Numbered from the stretch's first letter, positions 42,919-53,660 are shown. The stretch: 64,000 nucleotides of DNA from Synechococcus sp. (GCA_047285805.1 JBJBCN010000002.1:832001-896000), one strand, 5' to 3'. Made by a program: numbers and translations. The notes: generated from the sequence alone by a model not told the origin.

Positions 42919-43679
42919 GCCAGTGCAAGGCGGGCGGCGAAGCCCATGGCCAGCAGGGCTGCGATCATGGTCTGAAGCGCATTGACCAGTTCATTGCTCA
43001 ACCAGGGGAGACGGTCCTGGACCGTCGCGCCAATCAAGCTCTCGATCAAGGTCGCCACCAGACCCACCAGGGTGACGAGCAACCAGGTCGCACCGCCCTG
43101 GATCAGGCCCAACTGAAGCATTAGGAACGCCATCAGGGCACTGCCGCCGGCACTCGCAAGCGTCCCCTCAAGGCTGATCGCCCCCTCGGTACCGGGGGCG
43201 ACCGGTTGGAAGCGGGTGATAGACATCGTGCGTCGGCCCCAGCGCTTGCCGATCTCACTGCCGCAGGTGTCGCCCAACTTGGCGGCGAAGCTGGCCGCAA
43301 AGCCAATCTTCAGAAGGATCACCGGCGCCATGGGCCAGACGCTAAGAACAGCCAGGGCCGCACCCGTGGCCGCCGATCCCCAAACGTTCTCAGGACCGCG
43401 CCGGCCGCCGCGCCCCTCCGCCAGGCCCTGCTCCTGCTTGCGCCGGTAGCCCAATCGGGTGACCAAAGACCCCAAGGCCAAATAGAGGGCGACCGCCAGC
43501 CAACCCGGCCAATCCAGGCTGCCCAGCATGATGGTGCCCAAGATCCCGGCATGTACCCAACCTGAGCGGGTAAGCAGGGGCAGGCGCTGGGCAGTGGCGA
43601 TCAGCACCCCGTTAATCAGCAGGGCTGCCAGCCAATGCTGCAAACGCTCTGGGCCAAGCAAGATCTGCAGATCGAGCAT
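42915..43679 (-). CDS. DUF92/TIGR00297 membrane protein
   Basis: GRRGPENVWGS, KLGDTCGSEIGK, GTEGAISLEGT, ESLIGATVQ. Confidence 0.92.
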   Translation of the reverse strand: MLDLQILLGPERLQHWLAALLINGVLIATAQRLPLLTRSGWVHAGILGTIMLGSLDWPGWLAVALYLALGSLVTRLGYRRKQEQGLAEGRGGRRGPENVWGSAATGAALAVLSVWPMAPVILLKIGFAASFAAKLGDTCGSEIGKRWGRRTMSITRFQPVAPGTEGAISLEGTLASAGGSALMAFLMLQLGLIQGGATWLLVTLVGLVATLIESLIGATVQDRLPWLSNELVNALQTMIAALLAMGFAARLALA

Positions 43680-43806
43680 CCCTGGGATCAGCCACTGCCT
43701 CCAGAAGAACACAACTGCTGGTACTTCTGTTGCACTGCTCTACGGGCGCTGTTCAGATGCACCGCCAACAACGGATAATCCTGCAAAGGTTCAATTAACC
43801 GGCGCC

Positions 43807-44178
43807 ATGGTGTTCAACCGCAAGGGCAGCTTCTTCCTCGAACTCGATGAGAAGGCGGCTGAGACGTCGGTGACTGTGGCACCCGTCGCAGAGAAGCGAG
43901 CCAAAGCCAAGGCTGTGAAGGCCAGCAAAACTGAAGCAGTGGCTCCGGCCGCCAAGACCGAAGCCACTGAAGCTCCGAGCGGTGCCGTTCAAACCACCGC
44001 TGAAGCGATCGCCGCTGAACTGGCCGCCGAGCAGGCCGCCCGTCCTGTCCAAACCGACTCCACGTTTGCCCCCGAGTGCGTGACAGCTGGGGGGGCTCTG
44101 CCCATGCGCCGCCGTCGCGCAGGAGCCAACATTGCTGGCTTCCGCGACATGGCCAGTGGCATGTTCGGCAAAAAGTGA
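43807..44178 (+). CDS. Conserved cyanobacterial hypothetical protein
   Basis: FFLELDE...Ala/Lys-rich linker...TFAP...RRRRAGANIAGFRDMA. Confidence 0.75.
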   Translation: MVFNRKGSFFLELDEKAAETSVTVAPVAEKRAKAKAVKASKTEAVAPAAKTEATEAPSGAVQTTAEAIAAELAAEQAARPVQTDSTFAPECVTAGGALPMRRRRAGANIAGFRDMASGMFGKK

Positions 44179-44189
44179 TCTAACGGTCG

Positions 44190-44936
44190 CTAGATCCCGC
44201 AGCGCTCCGCCCGGGCGCTCGCCAGACCACACAAACCACTTATGCAGGCCGTTGAGCTACGCAGGATGCGAGGTCCCAGATCCACTGGCTTCCATCCCGC
44301 CGCCTCAGCGGCTTCTTCTTCGTTTGGGGACCAGCCCCCCTCCGGACCACAGGCAAGCCAGAGGCTGGGGAGACTCGTGAGCGGCAGCCCCGCAAGAACC
44401 GGCCCCAACAGAGGGAGATTGTTCTGCCGGGTGGTCGTCCAGAGCCCTGGGACCCCGGGATCCTTAAGGGCCAGGAGCTGCCTGAGTTCCATCGGCTCCT
44501 CGATGACCGGGGACCAGAGACGCTCGCACTGCTCGGCCGCCTCAGCGGCAATGCTGCGCCAGCGCTCAGCACGCAGGTTCCCTTGAACCGCGGTTCGCTC
44601 GCAGAGCAGCGGGATGAAGCGATCCACCCCAAGCTCCACAGCCATCCGGACCACCAGCTCAAAGTCTCGCTTGACCACCGCCGCAGCCAGGACCAATGAG
44701 GGGGCCGGCGGCTCATGCTGCTCCAACGGCGACGTCAGGCCCTGCTCCAGCTGAGCACAACCGTTCTCCTGAAGCACGGCTGTCCAAAGGGACCCCTGTC
44801 CGTTGATCACCGCAAAGCGATCCCCTGGCCCAAAGCGCAGCACCCGAGTGAGATAGCGCTCCTCCTCACGGGTCAACGCGACCTGCGGAGCAAAACGCTC
44901 CGATGCGATCAGCAGCCGGCGCAGCTCCCGGGCCAT
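44190..44936 (-). CDS. rsmE: 16S rRNA m3U1498 methyltransferase
   Basis: YLTRVLR, ELGV, EAAEQCER, GPEGGWS, LGPRILRSSTA. Confidence 0.95.
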   Translation of the reverse strand: MARELRRLLIASERFAPQVALTREEERYLTRVLRFGPGDRFAVINGQGSLWTAVLQENGCAQLEQGLTSPLEQHEPPAPSLVLAAAVVKRDFELVVRMAVELGVDRFIPLLCERTAVQGNLRAERWRSIAAEAAEQCERLWSPVIEEPMELRQLLALKDPGVPGLWTTTRQNNLPLLGPVLAGLPLTSLPSLWLACGPEGGWSPNEEEAAEAAGWKPVDLGPRILRSSTACISGLCGLASARAERCGI

Positions 44937-44941
44937 CGGCG

Positions 44942-45400
44942 CTACGCGTCAGGAGCACCGACGGGGAAGAGGCTCTCGGGATGCTCTTCCACCGGCCACT
45001 CCTGATTGGCCCCACCAATGAGCAGTTCCTCGATCTGGACAACATCTGAATCGATCTGGCGCAGGGTATTGATCAGGACGTCGATCGCGAAGCCGTCGCT
45101 TGTGCCCAGGTCCATCCAGCAGCGAGCCCAGTCGCCCTGGTATTCGATTTCGCCCATGTTGTGCATCAGAGCAGGCATGGCGCGCTCGGCCGTCTCGGCG
45201 TCGTAGCCCATCCAGCTGACTTCGGCGCCCTCCTCGTGGACCTGGAGGTTCTCGGCATTGAAACCGCCTAACTTGCCCAAAAAGAACCAGCTGTCCAGGG
45301 TGGTTTCGATGTACCCCCTCTCCCCCTGGCCGGGGGGATTGCTGAAGCGCAACCAAATCCAGCAATTGAAGGGGTCAAATTCTCGGAAACGAATCTCCAT
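44942..45400 (-). CDS. DUF3531-family protein
   Basis: MEIRFREFDPFNCWIW, SWFFLGKLGGFNAENLQ, MHNMGE. Confidence 0.88.
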   Translation of the reverse strand: MEIRFREFDPFNCWIWLRFSNPPGQGERGYIETTLDSWFFLGKLGGFNAENLQVHEEGAEVSWMGYDAETAERAMPALMHNMGEIEYQGDWARCWMDLGTSDGFAIDVLINTLRQIDSDVVQIEELLIGGANQEWPVEEHPESLFPVGAPDA

Positions 45401-45468
45401 CTCAGCGACCGCAGCAGGGCTTGCTCCCATCAAACATGCTGGGGGCACCTCAAGGCCATGGGCCAGCG

Positions 45469-46113
45469 ATGCTTGAGCTCGAAGCGCTCCGCTACCACGC
45501 GGCAACGGCACCCGAGCCCGTCCTGCGGGGGGCCAGCCTGCGGATCGAGCCAGGGCAGATAGCGCTGGTTGCGGGGCGCAGCGGCTCCGGCAAGTCGACC
45601 CTTCTGGAGCTAATCTGCGGGCTGGCGGACCCCAGCCAAGGGGTGATCAGTTGGCATGGCAAAGCGATCAACGCCCGCCAGCGCCGCTGCCTTTGCGGTC
45701 TGGTCTTTCAGTTCCCCGAACGGCACTTCCTGGGGCTGACCATCGGCCAAGAACTGCGCCTGGGCCAGCGGCGCCTGCCGAGTGAAAAAGCAGAGGCCGT
45801 CCTGCATCAGGTTGGCCTCAGTGGCCTCTCCTTCCAGCAGCCACCCGAGGAGCTGAGCGGCGGCCAACAACGGCGCCTGGCAATGGCCGTACAACTGCTG
45901 AGGGACCCCAAGGTGCTGCTAATGGATGAACCCACCGCCGGGCTGGATTGGTCGGTGCGCTCAGAAATCATCGAGCTCATAGGGCAACTCAGCCGCGATC
46001 GCATCGTGCTGATCGTCACCCACGAACCCGAACTGTTCGAGCCCCTGACCACGCCAAACCAGCGCTGGACCCTACGCGACGGGCAACTCCAGCCCGCACT
46101 CAACCCCTGCTGA
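45469..46113 (+). CDS. ABC ATP-binding protein (ECF-type-like)
   Basis: [34 protein letters not shown]. Confidence 0.92.
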   Translation: MLELEALRYHAATAPEPVLRGASLRIEPGQIALVAGRSGSGKSTLLELICGLADPSQGVISWHGKAINARQRRCLCGLVFQFPERHFLGLTIGQELRLGQRRLPSEKAEAVLHQVGLSGLSFQQPPEELSGGQQRRLAMAVQLLRDPKVLLMDEPTAGLDWSVRSEIIELIGQLSRDRIVLIVTHEPELFEPLTTPNQRWTLRDGQLQPALNPC

Positions 46114-46150
46114 AGCGGCTTCATACAGTGCCCCGAGCAATGGCCTCGGT

Positions 46151-47068
46151 ATGGCAGATCAGTTGGTGCGCGCAACAGCGGCGGGTGGAGGTATCCGCCT
46201 GGTGGCTGTCAGCACCAGCACGACGGTTCGCTACGCCCGCCGCCGCCACAACCTCTCTTTCCTGACCACCGCGCTGCTGGGCCGGGCTATGACGGCGGGA
46301 CTACTGCTGGCCAGTTCCATGAAGATCAGTCATGGACGTGTGAACCTGCGGATCTCCTCCGATGGCCCCCTAAAGGGCTTGATGGTTGATGCCGGACGGG
46401 ATGGGACCGTCCGCGGCTATGTCGGGGCTCCGGACCTGGAACTCGATCTGGTGGACAGCGCCGATGGGACCCATCAGTTCGACTTCAAGCAGGCCACCGG
46501 CACCGGCTATATCCACGTCGTTCGGGACCTCGGGGAAGGGGAACCCTTCAGCTCGACCGTCGAACTTGTCAGCGGCGGCATCGGTGATGACGTCGCCTCT
46601 TACCTGCTGCACTCCGAGCAAACCCCATCGGCGGTCTTTGTGGGGGAGCGCATCGACAGCACGGGTGTGAGGCACGCCGGTGGCGTGCTGGTGCAGGTGC
46701 TTCCCAAGGCCGCCCGCGAACCAGCCCTGGTGGCGCTGCTGGAGGAACGCTGCCGCGAAATCGAGCACTTCAGTGACTGCCTCGCCGCCTGCGAAGGCAA
46801 CCTCGAAGCCCTGCTCCAGGACATCTTCCCTGACCTTGATCCCAAACTACTCGAGGACGCCGAGGCCAGCCAAGACATCAACTTCCACTGCCCCTGCAGC
46901 CGCAAGCGCAGCGTGAATGCCCTCAAACTCCTGGGCCGAGAAGAGCTTTCGCAGATGCTCAGCGAAGACGGAAATGCGGAACTCACCTGCCATTTCTGCA
47001 ACGAGGTCTATGACATCCAGGCCACAGAGCTGCAGGAGCTTATCGACGAGCTGTCCACAGCCACCTAG
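46151..47068 (+). CDS. hslO: Redox-regulated chaperone Hsp33
   Basis: [28 protein letters not shown]...CHFC zinc centre. Confidence 0.97.
   Translation: MADQLVRATAAGGGIRLVAVSTSTTVRYARRRHNLSFLTTALLGRAMTAGLLLASSMKISHGRVNLRISSDGPLKGLMVDAGRDGTVRGYVGAPDLELDLVDSADGTHQFDFKQATGTGYIHVVRDLGEGEPFSSTVELVSGGIGDDVASYLLHSEQTPSAVFVGERIDSTGVRHAGGVLVQVLPKAAREPALVALLEERCREIEHFSDCLAACEGNLEALLQDIFPDLDPKLLEDAEASQDINFHCPCSRKRSVNALKLLGREELSQMLSEDGNAELTCHFCNEVYDIQATELQELIDELSTAT
46977..47068 (+). repeat. Left copy (attL-like) of the hslO 3'-end direct repeat
   Basis: Matches 57101-57194; first 22 bp identical, 8 substitutions and a 2-bp indel overall. Confidence 0.93.
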
Positions 47069-47151
47069 AGGGTTCTGAAGGATTGCGTACTAGCGATCCA
47101 GAATCGAAAAGAACGACAAGACTGGCAGATTAATCCACAACTAGGCCACTG

Positions 47152-48260
47152 GTGGGCTTTCAAAAGCTGGTTACATAAGCCAAAACCCGCCTCCGTGGCA
47201 GGCGCTGCAAGTGCCGGATTGGGCTCAGAAAAAAAGCGCTCATACTCAGAGCCACACTCCCCTCTGAGGACGGCAGTCAAGCCAAGCAGCAAAGAGTAGC
47301 TATCGGCCTAGCAGCGACGGCAATAGTACTAACCCACGCTGAAATTCAAGCACTAAGGCTTGATAGCGATATCAGGAGCAGCTTTTACTGCTGGAGCGGC
47401 TGGAGCAGAGAAGAATCCAAGCCACGACAACGAACGACAGATACCGAGGAGGAGTTTCTCCAGGCAGCTCACAAACTCCACGCACGGAAGGTGCGGCAGA
47501 AAGAGAAGAGGGATCTCAAAGCCGTTGTAAGACGGCAAAGAGAGCTGGCGAAAACGATGGAGCCCTGCACTGAACAAGCTTCAAGGAGAAAGGCTCACTG
47601 AAGGGTCGCTGCTGAAAACCATTCGATACCTTGGCGAGGGGAGCTCAGTGCGGAGGGAGACAGCTCTTGTTCTCGGGATGGTTGCTGGGGAGATCGGATG
47701 GGATCAGCGATCACTGAGAGAAGCAGGCTCCGACTAAGGGCGACAAATGCTCAGGAAGCGAGACATACCCTCTAACAGATCAATTGAGAAGGCCTTCGAC
47801 AAGTTGATGGAGTCGTCGCCTCACTGGGCACGCATTTGGGGCTTGGTCGAAATGTATGGAGCCAGGCCGAGCGCGCTGGGAACAGCAACACTTCGAGGGA
47901 ATTTCGTTCTGATCATTTCGGAGAGCAAGACGAATCGGCCACTAGCAGAAACCCCTATAAAAAGAGAGTGTAGATCGGTTCCAGTTGCACGAGCTGCCAG
48001 AGCCACCGGGGAAGAAGGATCGCTACTCGATCAGCACCAACTGCAATGCCGCTAGGCGAAGGTGCGGAATCGAGATCCCGCTATTCTCCCTTCGACTAGC
48101 AACAGCAATCTGGCTACTTGGAGCAGGTGTAGCCGCAGAACTCGCAGCCAAGCTGCTGGGACACAGCGGGGCAATTTTCAACGAGACCTGCACCGCTTGG
48201 ACTTCAGATGAGACGATTGTTGGGCTGATGGCGAACTACAAGCTCTTAGACCGGTTATTA
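47152..48260 (+). pseudogene. Tyrosine integrase remnant (limits approximate)
   Basis: N-arm LILRATLP...KQQRVAIGL...WSGW; YGARPS; SKT; FSLRLATAIW...AAKLLGHS...FNETC; broken by stops and frameshifts. Confidence 0.82.
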
Positions 48261-48781
48261 CCCCTCCGGGGGGTGTTCGCCTGGGGCTTTACGAGAACAG
48301 GCACTCAAGAATCCGGAGTGAAAACCTGTGACTCGCTCGCTGAGGCAAAAACCGCCCTGCCGGCCGGGTTGATGGCTTTGGTATGAAGTGATCGACCGAT
48401 TAGATGAGATGCCGAAGCAGTAGCGAACAGCACCGTGGGCGCCAAAGGCATTAAGAAGCGAGTAGCTGATGCAATTGACTAAGGAACCAGTGGAGTTGAT
48501 AGTGCCCTTAAGACAATTTGTGCCTTCTCAGAAGACGCGCGCCTAACCCAAAGCCTTCGTGATAGCCGGAAACCACCTGTCTAACCGCAACCCGATCAGA
48601 ACTGATCCCAACCTCATTGACACGCCGAAGCATGACTAAGCGGGGATGGAGGCACTCGAAGCCAGGTGCCCCTCCCAAAAAAGGAGGCCAGTCAATCCAG
48701 GGTTAGATGTCGCAGTCGCTACTCAATGGAACAGCGACCCTGCCAACGGCGATAGAGCCAGAAACAGTACAGACGGAAGCA

Positions 48782-49642
48782 TCATTCAATGACAGTGAAT
48801 TGGATATCAAACGGACCGGAATCAAAGGCTATGCAGCCAGCAGCATTAGTACATCCTTCATCTCCATTATTTTGGTAATACATAGTGGTCCCGTTGTTTG
48901 TTACCGTAAAGTTGGCCTTGCACTCAGTAGTAGATTCGGTGATCTCTATCGGCGCGTTGAGCTGGACTGTTCCCAACAGATAGGTCGCACCTGTGCACGT
49001 TGTTGACGATGAGTCATCAGCGATAAGGCCTAGAGAAGAGTCGAGGATATATCCAGTCATGGTACCGCTTGAGCTGCTTACGGAGCTGGTTGTTTTGCAG
49101 GTCTTTGGGGATGTATCAAGACCAAATGTATTCAGAGGAGCCTCAAATGTTTGAGCGGGTCCGGAGGTGGCAGATGTCTGATAGGTGCTTGTTGAGTACC
49201 AAGTATTGCCGTTACCCAGAGGTCCATATTCCGCCTGAATTTCGAAAGTCTTCTCAAATAGAAGCACAGCGTGTGTATAAGTTCCATTATCTGGGCGCTC
49301 ACCTTTGGAAAGCTCTACTGCTCCACCAGCAGCAAAAGAAACAGTCTCACTTCCATCAAACGTAAGTGAGCATTTTGTAAAATCTGGGGCTGAGCCAGCG
49401 GCGGCTGGAGCAGGGTCTGCCTTGCAGAGGCCCATCTTCATAACAGTAATTCCATATACTTCTGGTGTCCCAGCACAGCTGCCGACACCAGTCCCCCAAT
49501 TATTTTCAGCAGCGTAACCAGAGGCAGCCGGACAAGGAGTCATTGTTTGCGCCTTCGTCTTATCAAAAGTGGGAGTAAGAATGAGGAATCCGGCAAGACC
49601 TGCAATACCAGTCTTAAGAAGGTTGCTCTTGGTCATGATCAT
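48782..49642 (-). CDS. Secreted Thr/Ser/Gly-rich, Cys-containing hypothetical protein
   Basis: Signal-peptide-like N-terminus, 9 Cys, beta-strand-like patterning, C-terminal SGPFDIQFTVIE. Confidence 0.85.
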   Translation of the reverse strand: MIMTKSNLLKTGIAGLAGFLILTPTFDKTKAQTMTPCPAASGYAAENNWGTGVGSCAGTPEVYGITVMKMGLCKADPAPAAAGSAPDFTKCSLTFDGSETVSFAAGGAVELSKGERPDNGTYTHAVLLFEKTFEIQAEYGPLGNGNTWYSTSTYQTSATSGPAQTFEAPLNTFGLDTSPKTCKTTSSVSSSSGTMTGYILDSSLGLIADDSSSTTCTGATYLLGTVQLNAPIEITESTTECKANFTVTNNGTTMYYQNNGDEGCTNAAGCIAFDSGPFDIQFTVIE

Positions 49643-49681
49643 GGGCTTTAAGTGGATTTAGGTTGAGAAGTAACGTTGGAT

Positions 49682-50992
49682 CTAGGATCCACCAACTGAG
49701 TTAGTGAAATCACCTGATACCTTCTTGACTCGTTCAAGAAGTACCTCGTAACGACGACGAACCGGCTGGGTCATCTGTGCAATCAGGTTTTGCTTGGTGT
49801 TGTTCTTCGCATAGACCACAGGGCGGCCGGTTAGGCGAACGCGAATGCCGAAGTATGGACCAGGTTGGTTATCGATGTCGTTGTCTGAATCAACCGGATA
49901 GGCGGGTATTTCATTCGACGCCCACACCTCAAGGTTTGCGTGGGGGGTGGCCTGCCAATTTACCGAGCCCTCAAGACCGCTGTTGTCGCTGTGATGGCCG
50001 GTGTAATCCCAGTTGAAGCCCCGTACGTACATCGCCAGCTGCGGATAGAAGGGAAGTCGATAGCCCAGCTCTACGTCCCAGCCTGGGACAACCCCCTCCT
50101 GGTATTCGATGTCATTAATGACAACGTCTTTCCGTCCTGAGCCATTTATATACCAGTTATTGCGAAGCTCGAAGCTTTTCCAAAAACCCTCTGCACCAAC
50201 CCCCCAACGGGTATACGCCACAGGCTGTCCAGCTGTTGTCGAGTAGTTGGTGGTTGCCAGATCCCAGAAACCGTTTACCCCCACCATCGCTTCTTCCCCT
50301 AGGCGGTAGCGGCTACCGAGGCCCACGTTGACCTGAGGCTGAGCCGAGGTCTCAAGGGTTACCCGGGCTTGGCCAAACATCAGGCCCATCGGATCGCCGT
50401 CGTTGTCATAGCCCAGCGTCTTGAGGCGCATAAAGCTATCGAAGTAGCCCGTAAGATCGCTGCTTGATGCAGCGTTGAGACCAAGCGAGGTCTGCGCGAA
50501 GAAGGGGATCTTTTTGATCTGCTTGTTGGCGTAGTTCACGCCGCTGCTGATCAGGGTGCGGGTAACTTCGGAGTGGACCACTCCGCCAAGATCAACGCCA
50601 TTGCCATTGACCATCGCCGGCCCGTACTGAGCGGCGTAGCCGGCACCCTTTTGAACAATCCGCTCAAACAGATTGCGGGGTTGACGAACTTCTGCAGGCC
50701 CTAGACAAGCTCGAGAGCGGGGGTCGACGAAGACGTCGCACTTCCAGGGTTGGTACGCCAGCGGCTTTCCGAGGGTGATCGTCTTGCCTTCTATAGGCAA
50801 CTGGTCCTCGCTGATCGGAGGCTTTCCTTGCTCTGTCGATGACGTCTCGTTCAGTCCGAGTTCTGTGGCGGTCAGACCGTCCAGCTGTTTCTCGGCTTCT
50901 TCGGCTACAGCTGCAGTGCTTGCCGTCAGGATTAAGGGAGCAGCAATTAGCGCTCGACCTGACCGTATTAGGCCCTGAGACAGACGCAGCAT
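49682..50992 (-). CDS. Inverse-autotransporter (intimin/invasin) beta-domain protein with no passenger
   Basis: NVGLGSRY, MVGVNGFWD, RWGVGAE, LRNNWY, GWDVELGYRLPFYPQL, linker PVRRRYEVLLER; signal peptide from ATG 50992. Confidence 0.88.
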   Translation of the reverse strand: MLRLSQGLIRSGRALIAAPLILTASTAAVAEEAEKQLDGLTATELGLNETSSTEQGKPPISEDQLPIEGKTITLGKPLAYQPWKCDVFVDPRSRACLGPAEVRQPRNLFERIVQKGAGYAAQYGPAMVNGNGVDLGGVVHSEVTRTLISSGVNYANKQIKKIPFFAQTSLGLNAASSSDLTGYFDSFMRLKTLGYDNDGDPMGLMFGQARVTLETSAQPQVNVGLGSRYRLGEEAMVGVNGFWDLATTNYSTTAGQPVAYTRWGVGAEGFWKSFELRNNWYINGSGRKDVVINDIEYQEGVVPGWDVELGYRLPFYPQLAMYVRGFNWDYTGHHSDNSGLEGSVNWQATPHANLEVWASNEIPAYPVDSDNDIDNQPGPYFGIRVRLTGRPVVYAKNNTKQNLIAQMTQPVRRRYEVLLERVKKVSGDFTNSVGGS

Positions 50993-51115
50993 TCCAGGGA
51001 ACTCAAAAAGAATTCGCCTAAAAAAGCACAAACCCCAAAGCGAAGCCCACCCGCACGTGCAATTTGACAATCGAACAATCGAGCTTAATAAATGACCATT
51101 AAGCTGGGTTACGAG

Positions 51116-51403
51116 TCATTGCTTTTTGCATAGTTGACGAACAGTGCTCGTCACCAATAGTTGATCATCTTTAGTCGCTCCCTGTGGGAAGTGCATCTTC
51201 CAGGCCTCGGCGACCAGGGCTTCGCTCGCTCCCTCCAGGCGCAATGCACAGATAAGGGCGCCGGTTTCAAGATGCTTGATCTCTCTCTTGAGACTACGGA
51301 CCTCAAAATTGCCCAAAGGGGTGCCGTGCGCTAAGGGCGGCAAAAGCCAGAACTGACTGAGGAAAAGCAAAACTGTGGTGGGTCCGGTGAACTTCGTTCC
51401 CAT
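51116..51403 (-). CDS. Hypothetical exported protein
   Basis: 95-aa ORF with hydrophobic N-terminus ending LAHG. Confidence 0.5.
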   Translation of the reverse strand: MGTKFTGPTTVLLFLSQFWLLPPLAHGTPLGNFEVRSLKREIKHLETGALICALRLEGASEALVAEAWKMHFPQGATKDDQLLVTSTVRQLCKKQ

Positions 51404-51602
51404 AGGGAGTGCGCTCTGTCCTAAGCTGTCTAAGACCCAGTCGACTCTGCCTGCAAGATTTGAGCTTTTGGAGGCCAGCCATTACCCCTCCGGTGCTGTG
51501 TTCCCCTCGGGTATTACAAGAAGAGGGGCTCAAAGATCCAGGGCAAAATCTTGAATGGTTGATGGGCCAACTGGTGGCCTACAGCTTGGCTAGTTGGAGG
51601 AA

Positions 51603-52007
51603 TTAGCTTTTGTAGCATGCTGAGTACTGAATTAGTAAAGGCTTTGCTGGTTCGGTCCAAGATCCATCCCTGAACTCAGATTGCTGCAGGGTGGCGCTAG
51701 AGGGATCTGCTTTATTGAAGACATAGAACCACCTGTATGTCGGACTTGAGTTCGTGTATACGACTATTGATTCGGCGGAGTCTTTAAAGGGGAGTGTCTT
51801 TTCTAGGCCCCATTTATTGTTCGCAAGGTCATACTCTTGGTAAGAAGCGAATGGAATCTCTGGATCAACAATAATTCGCTCTTTAAGTATGAAGTCTCTT
51901 TCGTTTTCACGTTTGACCTCAAGCTCGCACGTCACGTCAAGAATCCGACTTGGAGAGCAGCCCAAAAGGGCAGCTCCAATCAGTGTCAGGAGTAAAAAGC
52001 ACTTCAT
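51603..52007 (-). CDS. Putative lipoprotein
   Basis: MKCFLLLTLIGAALLG-C lipobox. Confidence 0.65.
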   Translation of the reverse strand: MKCFLLLTLIGAALLGCSPSRILDVTCELEVKRENERDFILKERIIVDPEIPFASYQEYDLANNKWGLEKTLPFKDSAESIVVYTNSSPTYRWFYVFNKADPSSATLQQSEFRDGSWTEPAKPLLIQYSACYKS

Positions 52008-52208
52008 CAATCGACGATCATCAATCGACCTTTCCCGAGCTTGACGCAGTCTTATGCGAAAAGACAAGGGCTGGAAGCAATCGCGGCAGCCATCGCACTC
52101 AATTGATCACTGGCAGAGCAGCGATCAGAAGAAATCCAAGTAAGAATCTAAGGCCAGCTTCCAGTCTCCATTTGCATGACTCCGTCGGTCGTCGGGCTCG
52201 CTTGATAG

Positions 52209-52547
52209 ATGCTCCTGGCAGCCCTAGCTAGCGTCATGGTTGCCTCCTGCTACGACGGGGATACCTGCAGCACCCTCAACGGGGAACGGATCAGACTGGC
52301 CTGCATTGATGCCCCTGAGCTGCAAGGGCGGAGAGCCAACCCAGTACCCGCCAAAGCCTCAAGGGACTACCTGCGATGGCTGGTGATCGGCAGGACCGTC
52401 AACCTGCGCCGGATAACGACCGATCGATATGGGCGCACTGTTGGTGAGCTCTTCATGGGTGGAGTCAACGTGCAGCAGCAGATGGTGAGGAGTGGTTACG
52501 CAGCGATTTACTGGAAGTACGCAGACCAGTGCTCTTGGACCAGGTAG
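52209..52547 (+). CDS. Thermonuclease (SNase-like) family protein
   Basis: YDGDT, RIRLACIDAPE, DRYGRTV, MVRSGYA. Confidence 0.93.
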   Translation: MLLAALASVMVASCYDGDTCSTLNGERIRLACIDAPELQGRRANPVPAKASRDYLRWLVIGRTVNLRRITTDRYGRTVGELFMGGVNVQQQMVRSGYAAIYWKYADQCSWTR

Positions 52548-52648
52548 GTCCGAGTTCATGGGCAAGCCAAGCTCTGATGAAGGCAAGGCCTTGAATGGGC
52601 CCTCGCCTCACCAATTAGGGCTAGACCAAAATCAGACACGGAGAGGCT

Positions 52649-52795
52649 GTGGAACCACTCACCTATGGCGTCCTAATCGTGCTGTTCCTCTGGGCAGTAG
52701 CGGCGGTCATCCGCCAGAAGACTGCAAAGGAGCCAGACGCTTCCTTCGACGTCTTTTTTAGAGAAGGTGACAAGCACCCCATGAGTGACTGCTGA
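52649..52795 (+). CDS. 48-aa single-TM microprotein
   Basis: GGAG-like RBS, GTG start; MEPLTYGVLIVLFLWAVAAVIRQKTAKEPD... Confidence 0.45.
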   Translation: MEPLTYGVLIVLFLWAVAAVIRQKTAKEPDASFDVFFREGDKHPMSDC

Positions 52796-53354
52796 GCCAC
52801 CAAATAGTGCAGGCGTCTTTCGACCCGCGTATGAAAAGCCTGTCCGGATGTAATAACCAATACTTTCAGGATCTTGAATACGACACAATCAACCGAACCA
52901 AATCTTTAGAGGTCCACATTTGTTATTTTGGAGACATCACTCCACATGTCAGGCTTTATAAAAAGGAGACATCGCCTGACACGCAGAGGAAGGCGGTGGC
53001 GAGTGAACCAACCGATGGACGCAAGGTCGGTTGGAGCTCGTCAGGAAAATAGGTGGTTCGACCCATCCTTGCAATCGCTCCATAACCAAGGTCACATACG
53101 TTCAGGAGTCGACCGTTACATAGGTCATTGTCCGAGACGTGGAAGCGCTCAAGCCCCCCAACTAGACACTCGCCGCTACAGAGCAGTGGTTGGAGAGCTA
53201 TTGCCTGATTTCGCAGGCGTTGCCATTAATCCAATGGACGAGATGCGAACTGTCGCGAACCAAATGGTGTTCAGCCCGCCTTAGCCACCACCACATCCTT
53301 TCGCCGCGGCGCCGATGAAGCCGGGGGAGCTGTAGCGATTAAGCAGCCCTGTAG

Positions 53355-53660
53355 TCACCCAACCTTTATCTGATCCATTGCCCAGCACACCGAGGCACCG
53401 CCTGAAAACAGGCAAACCATGGTCTGATCAGGGTCAATGACTCTATAGGTAGAACCATCCGCGAAATTCTTCAGCCTTGCGTGCAAGTGGGCAAGGTCAT
53501 GGTCGGGATGTTCTTCGGTTTGCCTCCAGCCTGTGCTGGTCAGTCTTTCGATGGAGAACACGTTCGTGCTTGTGGAACGGATGCACAAGGTCGATCGGCG
53601 CTGCCGACTTGGGTAAAAACAACTGAATCTCCTTGGGATCACACCACCGATGGAGACCAA
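53355..53660 (-). CDS. Hypothetical protein (start uncertain)
   Basis: FSIERLTSTGW...DLAHLHARLK...DGSTYRVID. Confidence 0.5.
   Translation of the reverse strand: MVSIGGVIPRRFSCFYPSRQRRSTLCIRSTSTNVFSIERLTSTGWRQTEEHPDHDLAHLHARLKNFADGSTYRVIDPDQTMVCLFSGGASVCWAMDQIKVG

Noticed and set aside
48270..48780. Possible further gene remnant after the integrase
   Set aside because: Fragments are too short and stop-ridden to assign.
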